From Candidatus Micrarchaeota archaeon (GTDB lineage Archaea > Micrarchaeota > Micrarchaeia > Micrarchaeales > CABMGC01), in assembly GCA_021817325.1 (NCBI GenBank), contig JAKAVK010000018.1, positions 9,544 to 73,543 of the forward strand: a stretch of 64,000 nt of DNA, in the 5' to 3' direction. Below, piece by piece: positions 18,653 to 27,134 of this stretch. The notes under the pieces were generated by a model. That model ran no database searches, had not been told where the DNA came from, and saw only the letters and a list, made by a program, of their open reading frames with translations. Made by a program: the position numbers and the translations under genes. How positions within the stretch are numbered: the first letter of the stretch is position 1; each line of letters starts with the position of its first letter.

Positions 18653-19030
18653 TCAGCAGCCTGCAGGTATCGAAGCAATTCCCGAAGTGCCTGAACCTGC
18701 GCTGCTGATTATAATATTTATCAGCCCAGGAGCGATGAGCACAAGTATTATGCCCACTATGCCTCCTATTATCATGCCTATGGACCATCCCTGCAGGTTG
18801 CCTCTCATATTGCCTGCTGCGGGCAGCAGGTGCGCCAGGGCGTAGAGCACTGCACCGACTATGAAGAGCAGCAGCGCTATGTAAGCAACGAAGCTGCGTA
18901 CCACCTGGACGATGGAGCAGATTGAGCTTGTAATCGGGGTTGCGGTTGCAGCATATGCAGTCATGCTGCCGGTTAGCATCAGCAGCATCGCACCATATGC
19001 TATAACCCTTGCTCTGCCAATCATAATCAT
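18653..19030 (-). CDS. VirB2/TrbC/CedA1-like pilin, copy B
   Basis: Start chosen at MIMIGRAR, giving 125 aa. Signal-like N-terminus ending AYAATA, then helix 1 ICSIVQVVRSFVAYIALLLFIVGAVLYALAHLL. Basic loop PAAGNMRGNLQGW, helix 2 SIGMIIGGIVGIILVLIAPGLINII, Gly/Ser tail ending AGC. Two-helix hairpin layout of T4SS pilins. Confidence 0.7.
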   Translation of the reverse strand: MIMIGRARVIAYGAMLLMLTGSMTAYAATATPITSSICSIVQVVRSFVAYIALLLFIVGAVLYALAHLLPAAGNMRGNLQGWSIGMIIGGIVGIILVLIAPGLINIIISSAGSGTSGIASIPAGC

Positions 19031-19084
19031 ATACTCCACTTTGAAACTTATAAAGCAATCCCTAAGATCAGGTTTGTAAACGAA

Positions 19085-19145
19085 ATAAAGGAAAAGAAAG
19101 ATAAATAAAAGAAAGAAAAAGGCAGGATGCGCTATGCACCCTGCC
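19085..19145 (-). terminator. Hairpin plus T-tract between pilin A and pilin B (putative partial terminator)
   Basis: On the minus strand, GGCAGGGTGCATAGCGCATCCTGCC (about 10-bp stem) starts 16 nt after the pilin A stop. It is followed by TTTTTCTTTCTTTTATTTATCTTTCTTTTCC; oligo-T tracts terminate archaeal transcription. Confidence 0.5.
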
Positions 19146-19160
19146 AACCAAGCTATCTGT

Positions 19161-19541
19161 TCAGCAGCCTCCGCTTATACTGGTTATAGACGTGTTACCT
19201 CCAGCGCCCACTATCAGGTTTATCAGTCCTGGAGCAACAAGCACCAGTATTATGCCTACGATTCCTCCAATCAGCATACCGATAGACCATCCCTGCAGGT
19301 TTCCCCTCAGGTTACCTGCTGCTGGCAGGAAGTGTGCTATAGCATACAACACACCGCCTATTATGAAAAGCAGCAGTGCTATGAAGGCTATGAAGGTTCT
19401 CACAACTGCGACAACACTGCATATGGCAGACGTAGCCGTCGTGGTCACCGTGGCTCCAGCAAAATATGTTGCAGCCAGGCTGCCACCTATCACTACTATA
19501 TACAGTAGTCTCAGAAATCTCATCAACTTCAATTTATTCAT
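19161..19541 (-). CDS. VirB2/TrbC/CedA1-like pilin, copy A (first gene of locus 1)
   Basis: 126-aa ORF. Signal-like N-terminus ...AATYFAGA, helix 1 ICSVVAVVRTFIAFIALLLFIIGGVLYAIAHFL and loop PAAGNLRGNLQGW. Helix 2 SIGMLIGGIVGIILVLVAPGLINLIV, tail GAGGNTSITSISGGC. About 80 percent identical to copy B over the helical core (hand alignment). Confidence 0.75.
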   Translation of the reverse strand: MNKLKLMRFLRLLYIVVIGGSLAATYFAGATVTTTATSAICSVVAVVRTFIAFIALLLFIIGGVLYAIAHFLPAAGNLRGNLQGWSIGMLIGGIVGIILVLVAPGLINLIVGAGGNTSITSISGGC

Positions 19542-19571
19542 TTTCTCAACCTGAATAAATTACCAGGTACC

Positions 19572-19581
19572 TATTTAAATA
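19572..19581 (-). promoter_or_regulatory. TATA-like box upstream of pilin A
   Basis: TATTTAAATA lies 31-40 nt upstream of the pilin A ATG in an AT-rich divergent intergenic region. The same TTTAAAT-type element recurs about 30-45 nt upstream of other first genes in this window. Confidence 0.4.
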
Positions 19582-19715
19582 CTTTTCTACGGTACAGCCT
19601 TGTTTAAAAACTCCAAATCTGTCTAAAAATTCATCATCTGCTAAGAGTGTTCTGGCCCTGCCTAACTTATCGTATATAAAGATTCTGTCTCCACTTCTAT
19701 CTTGCGTGTGATAAA

Positions 19716-21641
19716 GTGCAGGATGGAAGGAAAGGCAACGTTTATGCGATAGTGCTTCTGATAGCCTTGGTGCTGTTTATCCTGATGGACGTCCAGGCAA
19801 ACACCGTAGCTTCGATATCAGATCAAGCATTCTACATGCGTGTTATCTCTGCGGTACTGCTGTTGCTTCTTGTGTGCCTATACGCTATAAGAGAACCAAG
19901 TCAAAAAATAATATCCTATAAGTACTCCTTCTTCCTGACATTCACGGCGTTGATCGCAGCATCAGCGGCTCAGTTCATTGTCGAAAAGCAGCTATCAGTG
20001 AGCCTGCTCATAGAGACCTTCTCATTAGCGTATACACTGTATTATTACATCCCGATAATGCTGGTAACAGTACTTCTTGCGTGTGCAGGTGCATATTTTA
20101 CTTACAAGAAGAACATCCTGCTGGCGATTCTATTCCTGGTAATAGCATTTTCCATATTTATTATACAAAACTTCGTTTTTCAATACGGATATATAGCATC
20201 AGACGAAATGGTGCTTTCATATTATACCCTGCCTATCTTGGCCAATCACAGCAATCCCTATTCGTATTCTATTGCAAGCACGATGTACGGTATGGTCAAG
20301 AACCCGGGCATACACATAACGCTTACCACAACCAATCAATACAACAGTGTGATGGACTATCCAGCGCTCTTCTTCCTGTCTTCATACCCTTTCTATCTAG
20401 CATTTCCCTACGGCATGACCAGTCTGGATAAGGTCATAACCCCATTGACCAATGCAATATGGGCATTCTTATTGGTTGTCGTGCTAGCTTTCTGTCTGCC
20501 TAAAGAAGAGCTTCTGAAGCCCAAATTCGCTTTGATAGTGTTTGTAGCGCTTGTATTCCTTAGTAAGACTTCGCCTGTTGTAATACTGGGATCTGCTCTC
20601 CTAATCCTATGCTACCAGAAGCTGGACAGCAGATACTCATGGGCCTTCATCGGCCTTGCGGTTTCATTGCAGGAACAGCTCTGGTTCCCCTGCGTATTAT
20701 TACTGCTATATGCATTCAACAATACTGGTTATAAGAAAGGGTTGAGGATGACCATGTACACAATAGCGGTTTTCCTGCTCATAAATTCATACTTCATAGT
20801 CCTAAATCCTGTTGCATTCTTCAACGATGTCTTTGCTCCGCTGAACACCTATATAATGCCTAATACCGGCTCCCAAATAGGCTACTACATATTGACAACG
20901 TATCATGTGCTCACTCCTGCACTGAACAGGCTTTTCGAACTGGCCATGCTACTTCTAGCACTCTTCTTCCTGTATCTGAACAAGAAGGAGCTAGTGGGTC
21001 TATTCAGCTTTATTCCTTACTTATTCTTAAGCCATGCCTTAATACCCTACTACACGCTTCCTGCGCTCCTCTTCGCGTTCTCACTATATGCGAGGGGCAG
21101 AAAGGAGAACAGAGGATGGCTTCGCGGACTGATGGGTACTGTTGTTGCCAAATCAGCTTTCTACGCTGTTGTAATTGCCGTGTTTGTGCTATGTTGTGTG
21201 GCGATCTACTATTCACATCTGGCATACGCTTCCACATTCAATATTACAATAACAAACCAGACGATGGACTATAATGGCACTGCGGCAATATACTCTGCAG
21301 AATTACACCACAGCGGACCGGTTCCTAATGCAATATATTTCGGAGTTCTCGGTCTATCAAATTGGACGGTGTACTCATACGGCTTCTCGCTTTCCCAGAT
21401 ACTGGGGGGCAACAAAACTGGGTGTAACTCCTATTCGTGTGTGGAAGAAACAAACAGGATAACACTGACCTGGAGCAACTCATCGTATGAGATAAAGGCT
21501 ACAATACCATCAAATTCTGAGATAAGCTACATCAGACCCGTTCTTTATACCGGCGCGTATTATTACACTCCCAACGTGATCTACGGTGGCAGGAGCCCCC
21601 TAAATGCGCCTCCTCCTAAGAGTGCGACTACTTTAAGGTAG
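19716..21641 (+). CDS. Large polytopic membrane protein with C-terminal ectodomain (possible GT-C-type glycosyltransferase), paralog A
   Basis: 641-aa ORF (GTG start in the track) with more than 10 predicted TM helices. C-terminal roughly 150 aa carry N-x-S/T sequons. Paralogous to 22614..24578. No AglB WWDYG motif seen. Confidence 0.55.
   Translation: MQDGRKGNVYAIVLLIALVLFILMDVQANTVASISDQAFYMRVISAVLLLLLVCLYAIREPSQKIISYKYSFFLTFTALIAASAAQFIVEKQLSVSLLIETFSLAYTLYYYIPIMLVTVLLACAGAYFTYKKNILLAILFLVIAFSIFIIQNFVFQYGYIASDEMVLSYYTLPILANHSNPYSYSIASTMYGMVKNPGIHITLTTTNQYNSVMDYPALFFLSSYPFYLAFPYGMTSLDKVITPLTNAIWAFLLVVVLAFCLPKEELLKPKFALIVFVALVFLSKTSPVVILGSALLILCYQKLDSRYSWAFIGLAVSLQEQLWFPCVLLLLYAFNNTGYKKGLRMTMYTIAVFLLINSYFIVLNPVAFFNDVFAPLNTYIMPNTGSQIGYYILTTYHVLTPALNRLFELAMLLLALFFLYLNKKELVGLFSFIPYLFLSHALIPYYTLPALLFAFSLYARGRKENRGWLRGLMGTVVAKSAFYAVVIAVFVLCCVAIYYSHLAYASTFNITITNQTMDYNGTAAIYSAELHHSGPVPNAIYFGVLGLSNWTVYSYGFSLSQILGGNKTGCNSYSCVEETNRITLTWSNSSYEIKATIPSNSEISYIRPVLYTGAYYYTPNVIYGGRSPLNAPPPKSATTLR
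20591..20689 (+). repeat. 99-bp tract identical to 23522..23620
   Basis: atctgctctcctaatcctatgctaccagaag...caggaacagctctggttccc read identically in both paralogs. It encodes SALLILCYQKLDSRYSWAFIGLAVSLQEQLWFP. Flanking sequence is clearly diverged. Confidence 0.9.
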
Positions 21642-22533
21642 CCACAATACCGTCTATAATACCTTTTACCCCTATCCCTCCTGTGGACCTGACGCTTATC
21701 CTGTGGCTGAGGACCGGTTTTGCAAGGAATTTTATGTCATCTATGGTTGCAGTATTCCTGCCATAAATCAAAGCTCTGGCTTTTGCTGCAGCCATAAACG
21801 CTATATCCGCCCTCGGGCTGGCTCCCATCACTACGTGTATGTCTGTTCTTGTACTTGCCACTATCTTGGTAAGGTATTCAACCACGTTATCGGGCAGCGT
21901 AATCTTCTTTGCGGCATTCTGCATGGAGATGATATCCTCTGTTGTAATTATCTTTTTCACCTCTTCAGAGGATTCACTTTCCTTGAGCCTGAGCATGACA
22001 GCTTCTTCCTCCATGCTGGGATAGTCAACGTCTATCTTAATAATGAACCTGTCCGCGAGCACTTTTGGCAATGCTTCGGTACCCTCTATCCTAAGGGGAT
22101 TTTGCGTAGCGAACGCAGTGAATGGCTTCGGAAGTACAAGGTCTGCACCACCAACCGTAACCTGCCTCTCCTCAAGAGTCTCAAGAAACGCGCTCATTGT
22201 CTTAGGTGGAGCCCTGTTGAGTTCGTCTATAAGGAGTACGTTTGTAAATACCGGTCCCTTGGCCAGTTTGACCTCCTTGCCTTCCTGGTATGTCATGCCG
22301 ACTATGTCTGAGGGCATAAGGTCCGGAGTGCCTTGTATCCTCTTAAAGTCCGCCTGTATAGTGGATGCAAGTGCCTTGCACATCGTTGTCTTAGCAACAC
22401 CCGGAACTCCCTCAAGCAGTGCGTGGCCATTGGCCACCATAGTGATGAACATCAACTCTATGGTATCCGTCTTTCCTGCTATGTGTTTCTTCATCTCTGT
22501 AAGTATCTGCTGATAGGCATCTTTCGCTTCCAA
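21628..22533 (-). CDS. moxR: MoxR-family AAA+ ATPase
   Basis: 301-aa ORF. Walker A GVPGVAKTT, Walker B LLIDELNRAPPKT. Length and the C-terminal lid are typical of MoxR/RavA-like proteins. Confidence 0.85.
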   Translation of the reverse strand: MEAKDAYQQILTEMKKHIAGKTDTIELMFITMVANGHALLEGVPGVAKTTMCKALASTIQADFKRIQGTPDLMPSDIVGMTYQEGKEVKLAKGPVFTNVLLIDELNRAPPKTMSAFLETLEERQVTVGGADLVLPKPFTAFATQNPLRIEGTEALPKVLADRFIIKIDVDYPSMEEEAVMLRLKESESSEEVKKIITTEDIISMQNAAKKITLPDNVVEYLTKIVASTRTDIHVVMGASPRADIAFMAAAKARALIYGRNTATIDDIKFLAKPVLSHRISVRSTGGIGVKGIIDGIVATLK

Positions 22534-22613
22534 AATAGCACCAATAAAATCTCTCTGCTTTAAGATTTAAAACTATCGCAAGAAAAGTTATTAAAACAAA
22601 ATAACTACTATAT

Positions 22614-24578
22614 ATGGTAACTTTCATGCAAACTAAGACTAATTACGACAAGCTATACTCGCTTGAACTGTCAATTGCGATAATCATATTCCTTGTCCTA
22701 TTATTCCCCGGATTCGCGGATCAGTCAACCATATATGGGGAACTACTTACGGGTATAGTACTATATACTGTATTTCTGTTGCTTCTTTTTGCGGCGTATA
22801 CGTCAAAGCACGCATACGGCCATATTAGGGCATTCTTGTATCTATACAACGCTATATTCCTGCTTCTTCTCGTATCATTAATGTCGATTTTCCTTACAAA
22901 ACCTGCAGTACTCTCACTAGCAATGATCCTGAACATGATCATAACGCTTGCAACCCAGTATTATGGCGCTTTCCTATTTTCCGTGCTATCTATATTTATT
23001 GCATCCGTCGGCACGTATCTCCTGCGCAGTAAAAACGAACAGTTCCACAAATACGGATATATAACACTATGGCTGATACTGGTCGTACTAATAGTCGAAT
23101 GGTTTTATGTTTCACACTACGTGATTCCAGATGACGAGATGCTCCAGCCCGTATTCGCCTTCCAGGAGTTATCCCACGGCTTAAATCCATACGCTGTTTC
23201 GTTTGCCGGGAAGATGTTCAATGCGTCAAAGTATTACGGTGCGGCTGTTACCAAGCTAACTACGAATTCATATATCGGCACGTTTTCATATCCCTTCCTA
23301 TATGAAATTATATCGATCCCCTTTTTCGCCTTCCTGCCCCAAACAGTATATAATCTTACAGCAATAGATTTTCCAACAGAGTCGCTGCTATTCTTATTCA
23401 TTATGATTGTGGCACTCCTATTCAATACAAATAAAAGGAGCGTGCTGAAGCCAAAATTTACCCTCATAATCTTCCTCTCTTTCCTAATCGCTCTCAACCC
23501 GTCTCCAATCCTGTACCTTTTATCTGCTCTCCTAATCCTATGCTACCAGAAGCTGGACAGCAGATACTCATGGGCCTTCATCGGCCTTGCGGTTTCATTG
23601 CAGGAACAGCTCTGGTTCCCTTCTGCCTTGCTGATTCTCTACTACGTGAATAATAATAGTTTTCAATCTAACGCAAGAATGTTGACTGGCGTAATCGCAG
23701 TTTTCCTGCTGTTTAATGGATATTTCATATTCGCTAACCTGCCCGCATACTTGGGGTCCATATTCTCGACAGCAATATCCTATCAACTACCGAACATGAT
23801 AGCCCCAATAGGCTATTTTATACTCACGTCATACCACGTTCAGACCACTGCACTAAACGATGTATTCATGCTTGTCATGCTGTTCCTTGCCGGTGTGTTC
23901 ACATACCTTAACAAGAAGGAGTTAGTCGCGATATTCAGCTTCGTTCCGTACCTCTTTCTTCCGCATTCGCTGGTAATCTACTATGCTCTGCCTGCTCTTC
24001 TGTTTTCTTTTATTCTGTTTACCGACATGCCAAAAGAACGTACTGGCTGGTTAAGGAGACATGTACTACATACAAATAGCCTAAGATACGCATTTTACCT
24101 GTTTATTGCAATGACTTTTTTTGCGTGTATTGCAGTTATATACTATTCACATCTAAATTACCTTAATGAATTTAATTTCACTATAGTCAATCAGAGTGTA
24201 TCAATAAGCGGCAATAACACAATTTATACCGGAACTTTGTTGTATCACGAACCAGTTAAAAGTATTGTATACCTGGGCATGTACGTAGAATCGGCAAACA
24301 TAATAGACATCGGTGTGTATTTGACCGGCTTCTCGCTGTCGCAGCTATTGGCTGGAAATGCATCTCAATGCGTTTCTTACAGCTGTATGCAGAACATGAA
24401 TGAGATAAGCTTAAATGAAAGCAATTCCTCGTTCAAGATAAACGCAACATTGTCGCCATTCATGGCCAAATCCGCTAAAAACTCAACAATCCAGTTGCCA
24501 ATAAACTTTGTAAAGGTCGTAGTTTACAATGGCAGATATTATTATGCATCTAATATGTCAATGTCTAATGATACATAA
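22614..24578 (+). CDS. Large polytopic membrane protein with C-terminal ectodomain, paralog B
   Basis: 654-aa ORF with the same architecture as 19716..21641. Shared blocks KPKF(A/T)LI, FIPYLFL, YYSHL(A/N)Y and GFSLSQ(I/L)L. Confidence 0.55.
   Translation: MVTFMQTKTNYDKLYSLELSIAIIIFLVLLFPGFADQSTIYGELLTGIVLYTVFLLLLFAAYTSKHAYGHIRAFLYLYNAIFLLLLVSLMSIFLTKPAVLSLAMILNMIITLATQYYGAFLFSVLSIFIASVGTYLLRSKNEQFHKYGYITLWLILVVLIVEWFYVSHYVIPDDEMLQPVFAFQELSHGLNPYAVSFAGKMFNASKYYGAAVTKLTTNSYIGTFSYPFLYEIISIPFFAFLPQTVYNLTAIDFPTESLLFLFIMIVALLFNTNKRSVLKPKFTLIIFLSFLIALNPSPILYLLSALLILCYQKLDSRYSWAFIGLAVSLQEQLWFPSALLILYYVNNNSFQSNARMLTGVIAVFLLFNGYFIFANLPAYLGSIFSTAISYQLPNMIAPIGYFILTSYHVQTTALNDVFMLVMLFLAGVFTYLNKKELVAIFSFVPYLFLPHSLVIYYALPALLFSFILFTDMPKERTGWLRRHVLHTNSLRYAFYLFIAMTFFACIAVIYYSHLNYLNEFNFTIVNQSVSISGNNTIYTGTLLYHEPVKSIVYLGMYVESANIIDIGVYLTGFSLSQLLAGNASQCVSYSCMQNMNEISLNESNSSFKINATLSPFMAKSAKNSTIQLPINFVKVVVYNGRYYYASNMSMSNDT
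23522..23620 (+). repeat. 99-bp tract identical to 20591..20689
   Basis: See the partner repeat. Same codon phase in both genes (offset mod 3 = 2 from each start). Direct orientation, 2931 bp apart, flanking moxR. Confidence 0.9.
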
Positions 24579-24604
24579 GAATATCCGACTAAAGATGACA
24601 ACTT

Positions 24605-25306
24605 ATGGCGTATGACGATTTCACTGTTGTGCTACCCACATTAAACGAGGCCAAAAACATAGCGCCAATAATAAAGGGAATAAGGACTTACAGGAGGATA
24701 AGGATACTGGTTATGGATGATGGATCCACTGACGGAACGTGCGATATAGTTAAGAAATTAGCAAAGAAGTACAGAAACATCTCACTGGTTAATAGGAAAG
24801 AACTAAATTTACAGAAAGGGCTGACTGCGAGCGTGATTGACGGGTTCAAAAAAACAAAAACCAAATACGCAATAGTTATGGACGCTGATATGCAGCATCC
24901 TGTCGAAAAGGTGGGGGAGCTGGCATCTGCGCTGTTAGAAGGAGCGGACCTTGCCGTTGCAGTCAGGACCAAGATCTCAAACTGGCCATTCTACAGAAAG
25001 CTCATTTCAAAAATTCTGATTACCTTGGGCTATCTTGTATTACTGCTTAGAGGAGATGAGAGGTGTGGGGATATATTTTCTGGATTCTTCGGTATAAGGC
25101 GTGATGCCTTTACCAAAACGTATTCAAAGAACCACACCAGGTTCGTGCCCGGCGGATATAAAGTACTTTTCGACTTCTTGAAATGCATAAGCAGTGGGAG
25201 CCTAACCATAGCTGAAATCCCATACACATTCGGAATAAGGAAAGCCGATTCCTCCAAAGCTGGAATTAAACAAGGGCTGTTAGTGCTAAAGTCTTTTATC
25301 ACATGA
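24605..25306 (+). CDS. GT2 glycosyltransferase, dolichyl/polyprenyl-phosphate hexose synthase (Dpm1-like)
   Basis: 233-aa ORF. VVLPTLNEAKNI, VMDDGSTDGT and DADMQHP (DxD-type) motifs typical of Dpm1/GtrB-like GT2 enzymes. Confidence 0.8.
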   Translation: MAYDDFTVVLPTLNEAKNIAPIIKGIRTYRRIRILVMDDGSTDGTCDIVKKLAKKYRNISLVNRKELNLQKGLTASVIDGFKKTKTKYAIVMDADMQHPVEKVGELASALLEGADLAVAVRTKISNWPFYRKLISKILITLGYLVLLLRGDERCGDIFSGFFGIRRDAFTKTYSKNHTRFVPGGYKVLFDFLKCISSGSLTIAEIPYTFGIRKADSSKAGIKQGLLVLKSFIT

Positions 25307-25428
25307 CGGCATGGCGAATTAATCACCAGGATTAGGCACATCTCCATATCGTTGATCACACTCAAAATAACATTTCCGTCAATGGTCTTGCAAATGTATT
25401 TATCATTTAAATATTCCCAATTAAATGA

Positions 25429-26970
25429 ATGTCTATGCGGAAAGCTCTACTAAACGATAAGTTCCTAATTGCAGCCATCATAATATCAATTCTATACATG
25501 AGTTGCTGCTTCCTGCTTTATAATTACAGCTTCCAGGGCTTCGAACGTATATTTTTTGACATCGGTATAGAAACCTATAACATGTACTGGCATCTGCACG
25601 GGGCTCTGTACACGAACCCGTTCCAATTCCAATTCATTGTATTTGCTAATCACATCTCCCCATTTTTCGTCCTAATCCTGCCGCTTTTTGCACTGGACCA
25701 AAATGCAATGACACTGGTGTTTATCCAGGACATGTTTCTCGCAGCAACAAGCGTGGTGGCGTATTTAACAGGCCGTCAGTTAATCAAGAATGACCGGATA
25801 GCGTTCTATTTCTTTATCCTATTCCTATTTAGCCCAGGGATAAGTGCATTGGCCGTTTATGACTTTCACGCTGAGGCATTCGTGCCTATGTTCGTAATAC
25901 TCTCCTTCTACTTCTATACAAAGGGCAAAATCAAGTACTTTGTGATGAGCTACTTGCTGCTCTTAATGACTATTGAAGTTGCCTACTTTCTAGGCGCAGC
26001 GCTTCTTCTCGGACTGCTTGCTTATGAGATTCAATATAAAAAATATGGCGTTGAGCCTGACGCCTTAAGAGTCAGAAGGCGCCACATTCTATATGCGGGC
26101 TTTATTATGACCATCGCTACCGCCATCGCATACTACGCGATATCCGGCCAGATAAGTGCGAGTTACGCTGGAGTATCTTACTATAAACTGACCCCATATC
26201 TTCGCCTTGCAAATTATGTTTCCGGCCAGATCAACGCGATAGCCAATCCTTCGATAGTAAACACAACTATCTCCCAGACATATCCGGCAGGCCTTGCAGG
26301 AGTGACGATATTGGTTCTACAATTTGGTGGAGCTTCATTATTTTCACCAATATCAACACTACTCTTGTTATCTCCCTGGCTTGGAGAAGTTTTTATAGTT
26401 CATAATCTGAGTTTTACCGGAATACTCTACCAATATTATGGGTTTTTTGCTGGAAATTGTTTTGTCGCAGCAATTCTTGGATATCTTGTTGTCTATCGGA
26501 GGTCGGATCACCGATCAAGGTACCCTAGTCTGAAGGAGAGGATTTTGGCAAAGCTTCCCTCCACAATAATGATAATCGGCATTACGATATTCCTATATAC
26601 TGACCTCATCATCTTTGGGTACCTGCTTTCCGGAGAGCCAGCGGCAAACTCAGCATCCTTATCACTTGCCATTGCAGCAATACCCCAAAATGCGGTAGTA
26701 ATGACACAGTCAACCTTATCTACCCATATGGCAAATTTTTATCAACTAGAAATGCCGCCTACTGAATCGTTAAGATGGTTCGAGCCCAGGAACGCCAGCA
26801 ACACAGATTTGTTTTGGGCGCAGCCCCAATACATACTTATAGACAAAAATACTTACGATTATACACAGGCATTCAATACTACGCAATTTAACGTGTATTC
26901 CTATATGCGTTCCAACTATACTGAGATCTACAACTCATCAGGCGTGTATTTATACGAGATAAAACGATAA
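25429..26970 (+). CDS. DUF2079-like polytopic membrane protein (predicted GT-C glycosyltransferase)
   Basis: 513-aa ORF. N-terminal FDIGIETYNMYWHLHG and FANHISPFFVLILPLFAL resemble the DUF2079 signature. Paralog of 28699..30240, which is the same length. Confidence 0.6.
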   Translation: MSMRKALLNDKFLIAAIIISILYMSCCFLLYNYSFQGFERIFFDIGIETYNMYWHLHGALYTNPFQFQFIVFANHISPFFVLILPLFALDQNAMTLVFIQDMFLAATSVVAYLTGRQLIKNDRIAFYFFILFLFSPGISALAVYDFHAEAFVPMFVILSFYFYTKGKIKYFVMSYLLLLMTIEVAYFLGAALLLGLLAYEIQYKKYGVEPDALRVRRRHILYAGFIMTIATAIAYYAISGQISASYAGVSYYKLTPYLRLANYVSGQINAIANPSIVNTTISQTYPAGLAGVTILVLQFGGASLFSPISTLLLLSPWLGEVFIVHNLSFTGILYQYYGFFAGNCFVAAILGYLVVYRRSDHRSRYPSLKERILAKLPSTIMIIGITIFLYTDLIIFGYLLSGEPAANSASLSLAIAAIPQNAVVMTQSTLSTHMANFYQLEMPPTESLRWFEPRNASNTDLFWAQPQYILIDKNTYDYTQAFNTTQFNVYSYMRSNYTEIYNSSGVYLYEIKR

Positions 26971-27134
26971 GCTAGTAATGCTGCTATACTGTTACGTAAG
27001 TGTAGTATTACCGGGCTGATAGCCTAGGCAGCATGCGCTACTATGAAGAATAATCTTGCGGTGGTTTAATGATGCACATCAAACCGGCTGGCCGGACAGC
27101 ATGGTTTAAGCAATGTTTTGATTCAGTCTCTATC

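Noticed and set aside
18653-19147. 164-aa long form of pilin B given in the ORF track
   Set aside because: The extra 39 N-terminal residues (…FFFLLFIFLFLYFVYK…) are simply the translation of the T-rich terminator-like tract. The internal start MIMIGRAR follows a GGAG and gives a protein collinear with pilin A.
2415-19541. Alternative reading of locus 1 as an archaellum or type IV (Tad/Aap/Ups-like) pilus locus
   Set aside because: The ATPases carry DEAW Walker B and REGRK-type blocks of the VirB4/HerA clade, not the PilB/FlaI secretion-ATPase motifs. No FlaJ/TadC-like platform and no prepilin peptidase are present. The small pilin-like proteins are two-helix hairpins without the class III Q-S-x-x-E signal that the separate proteins at 33788-36149 do have.
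2415-19541. Locus 1 as part of an integrated conjugative plasmid or ICE
   Set aside because: Not supported within the window. There is no integrase, relaxase, VirD4/TraG-type coupling protein, partition genes or flanking tRNA/att repeat, and housekeeping genes abut one end (top6B). It cannot be excluded without the wider genome, so it is recorded as unsupported rather than disproved.
19716-24578. Calling the 641/654-aa paralogs AglB oligosaccharyltransferases
   Set aside because: No WWDYG or DK/MI-type motifs were found on reading the sequences. Only a generic GT-C-like topology argument remains, so they are left as putative.
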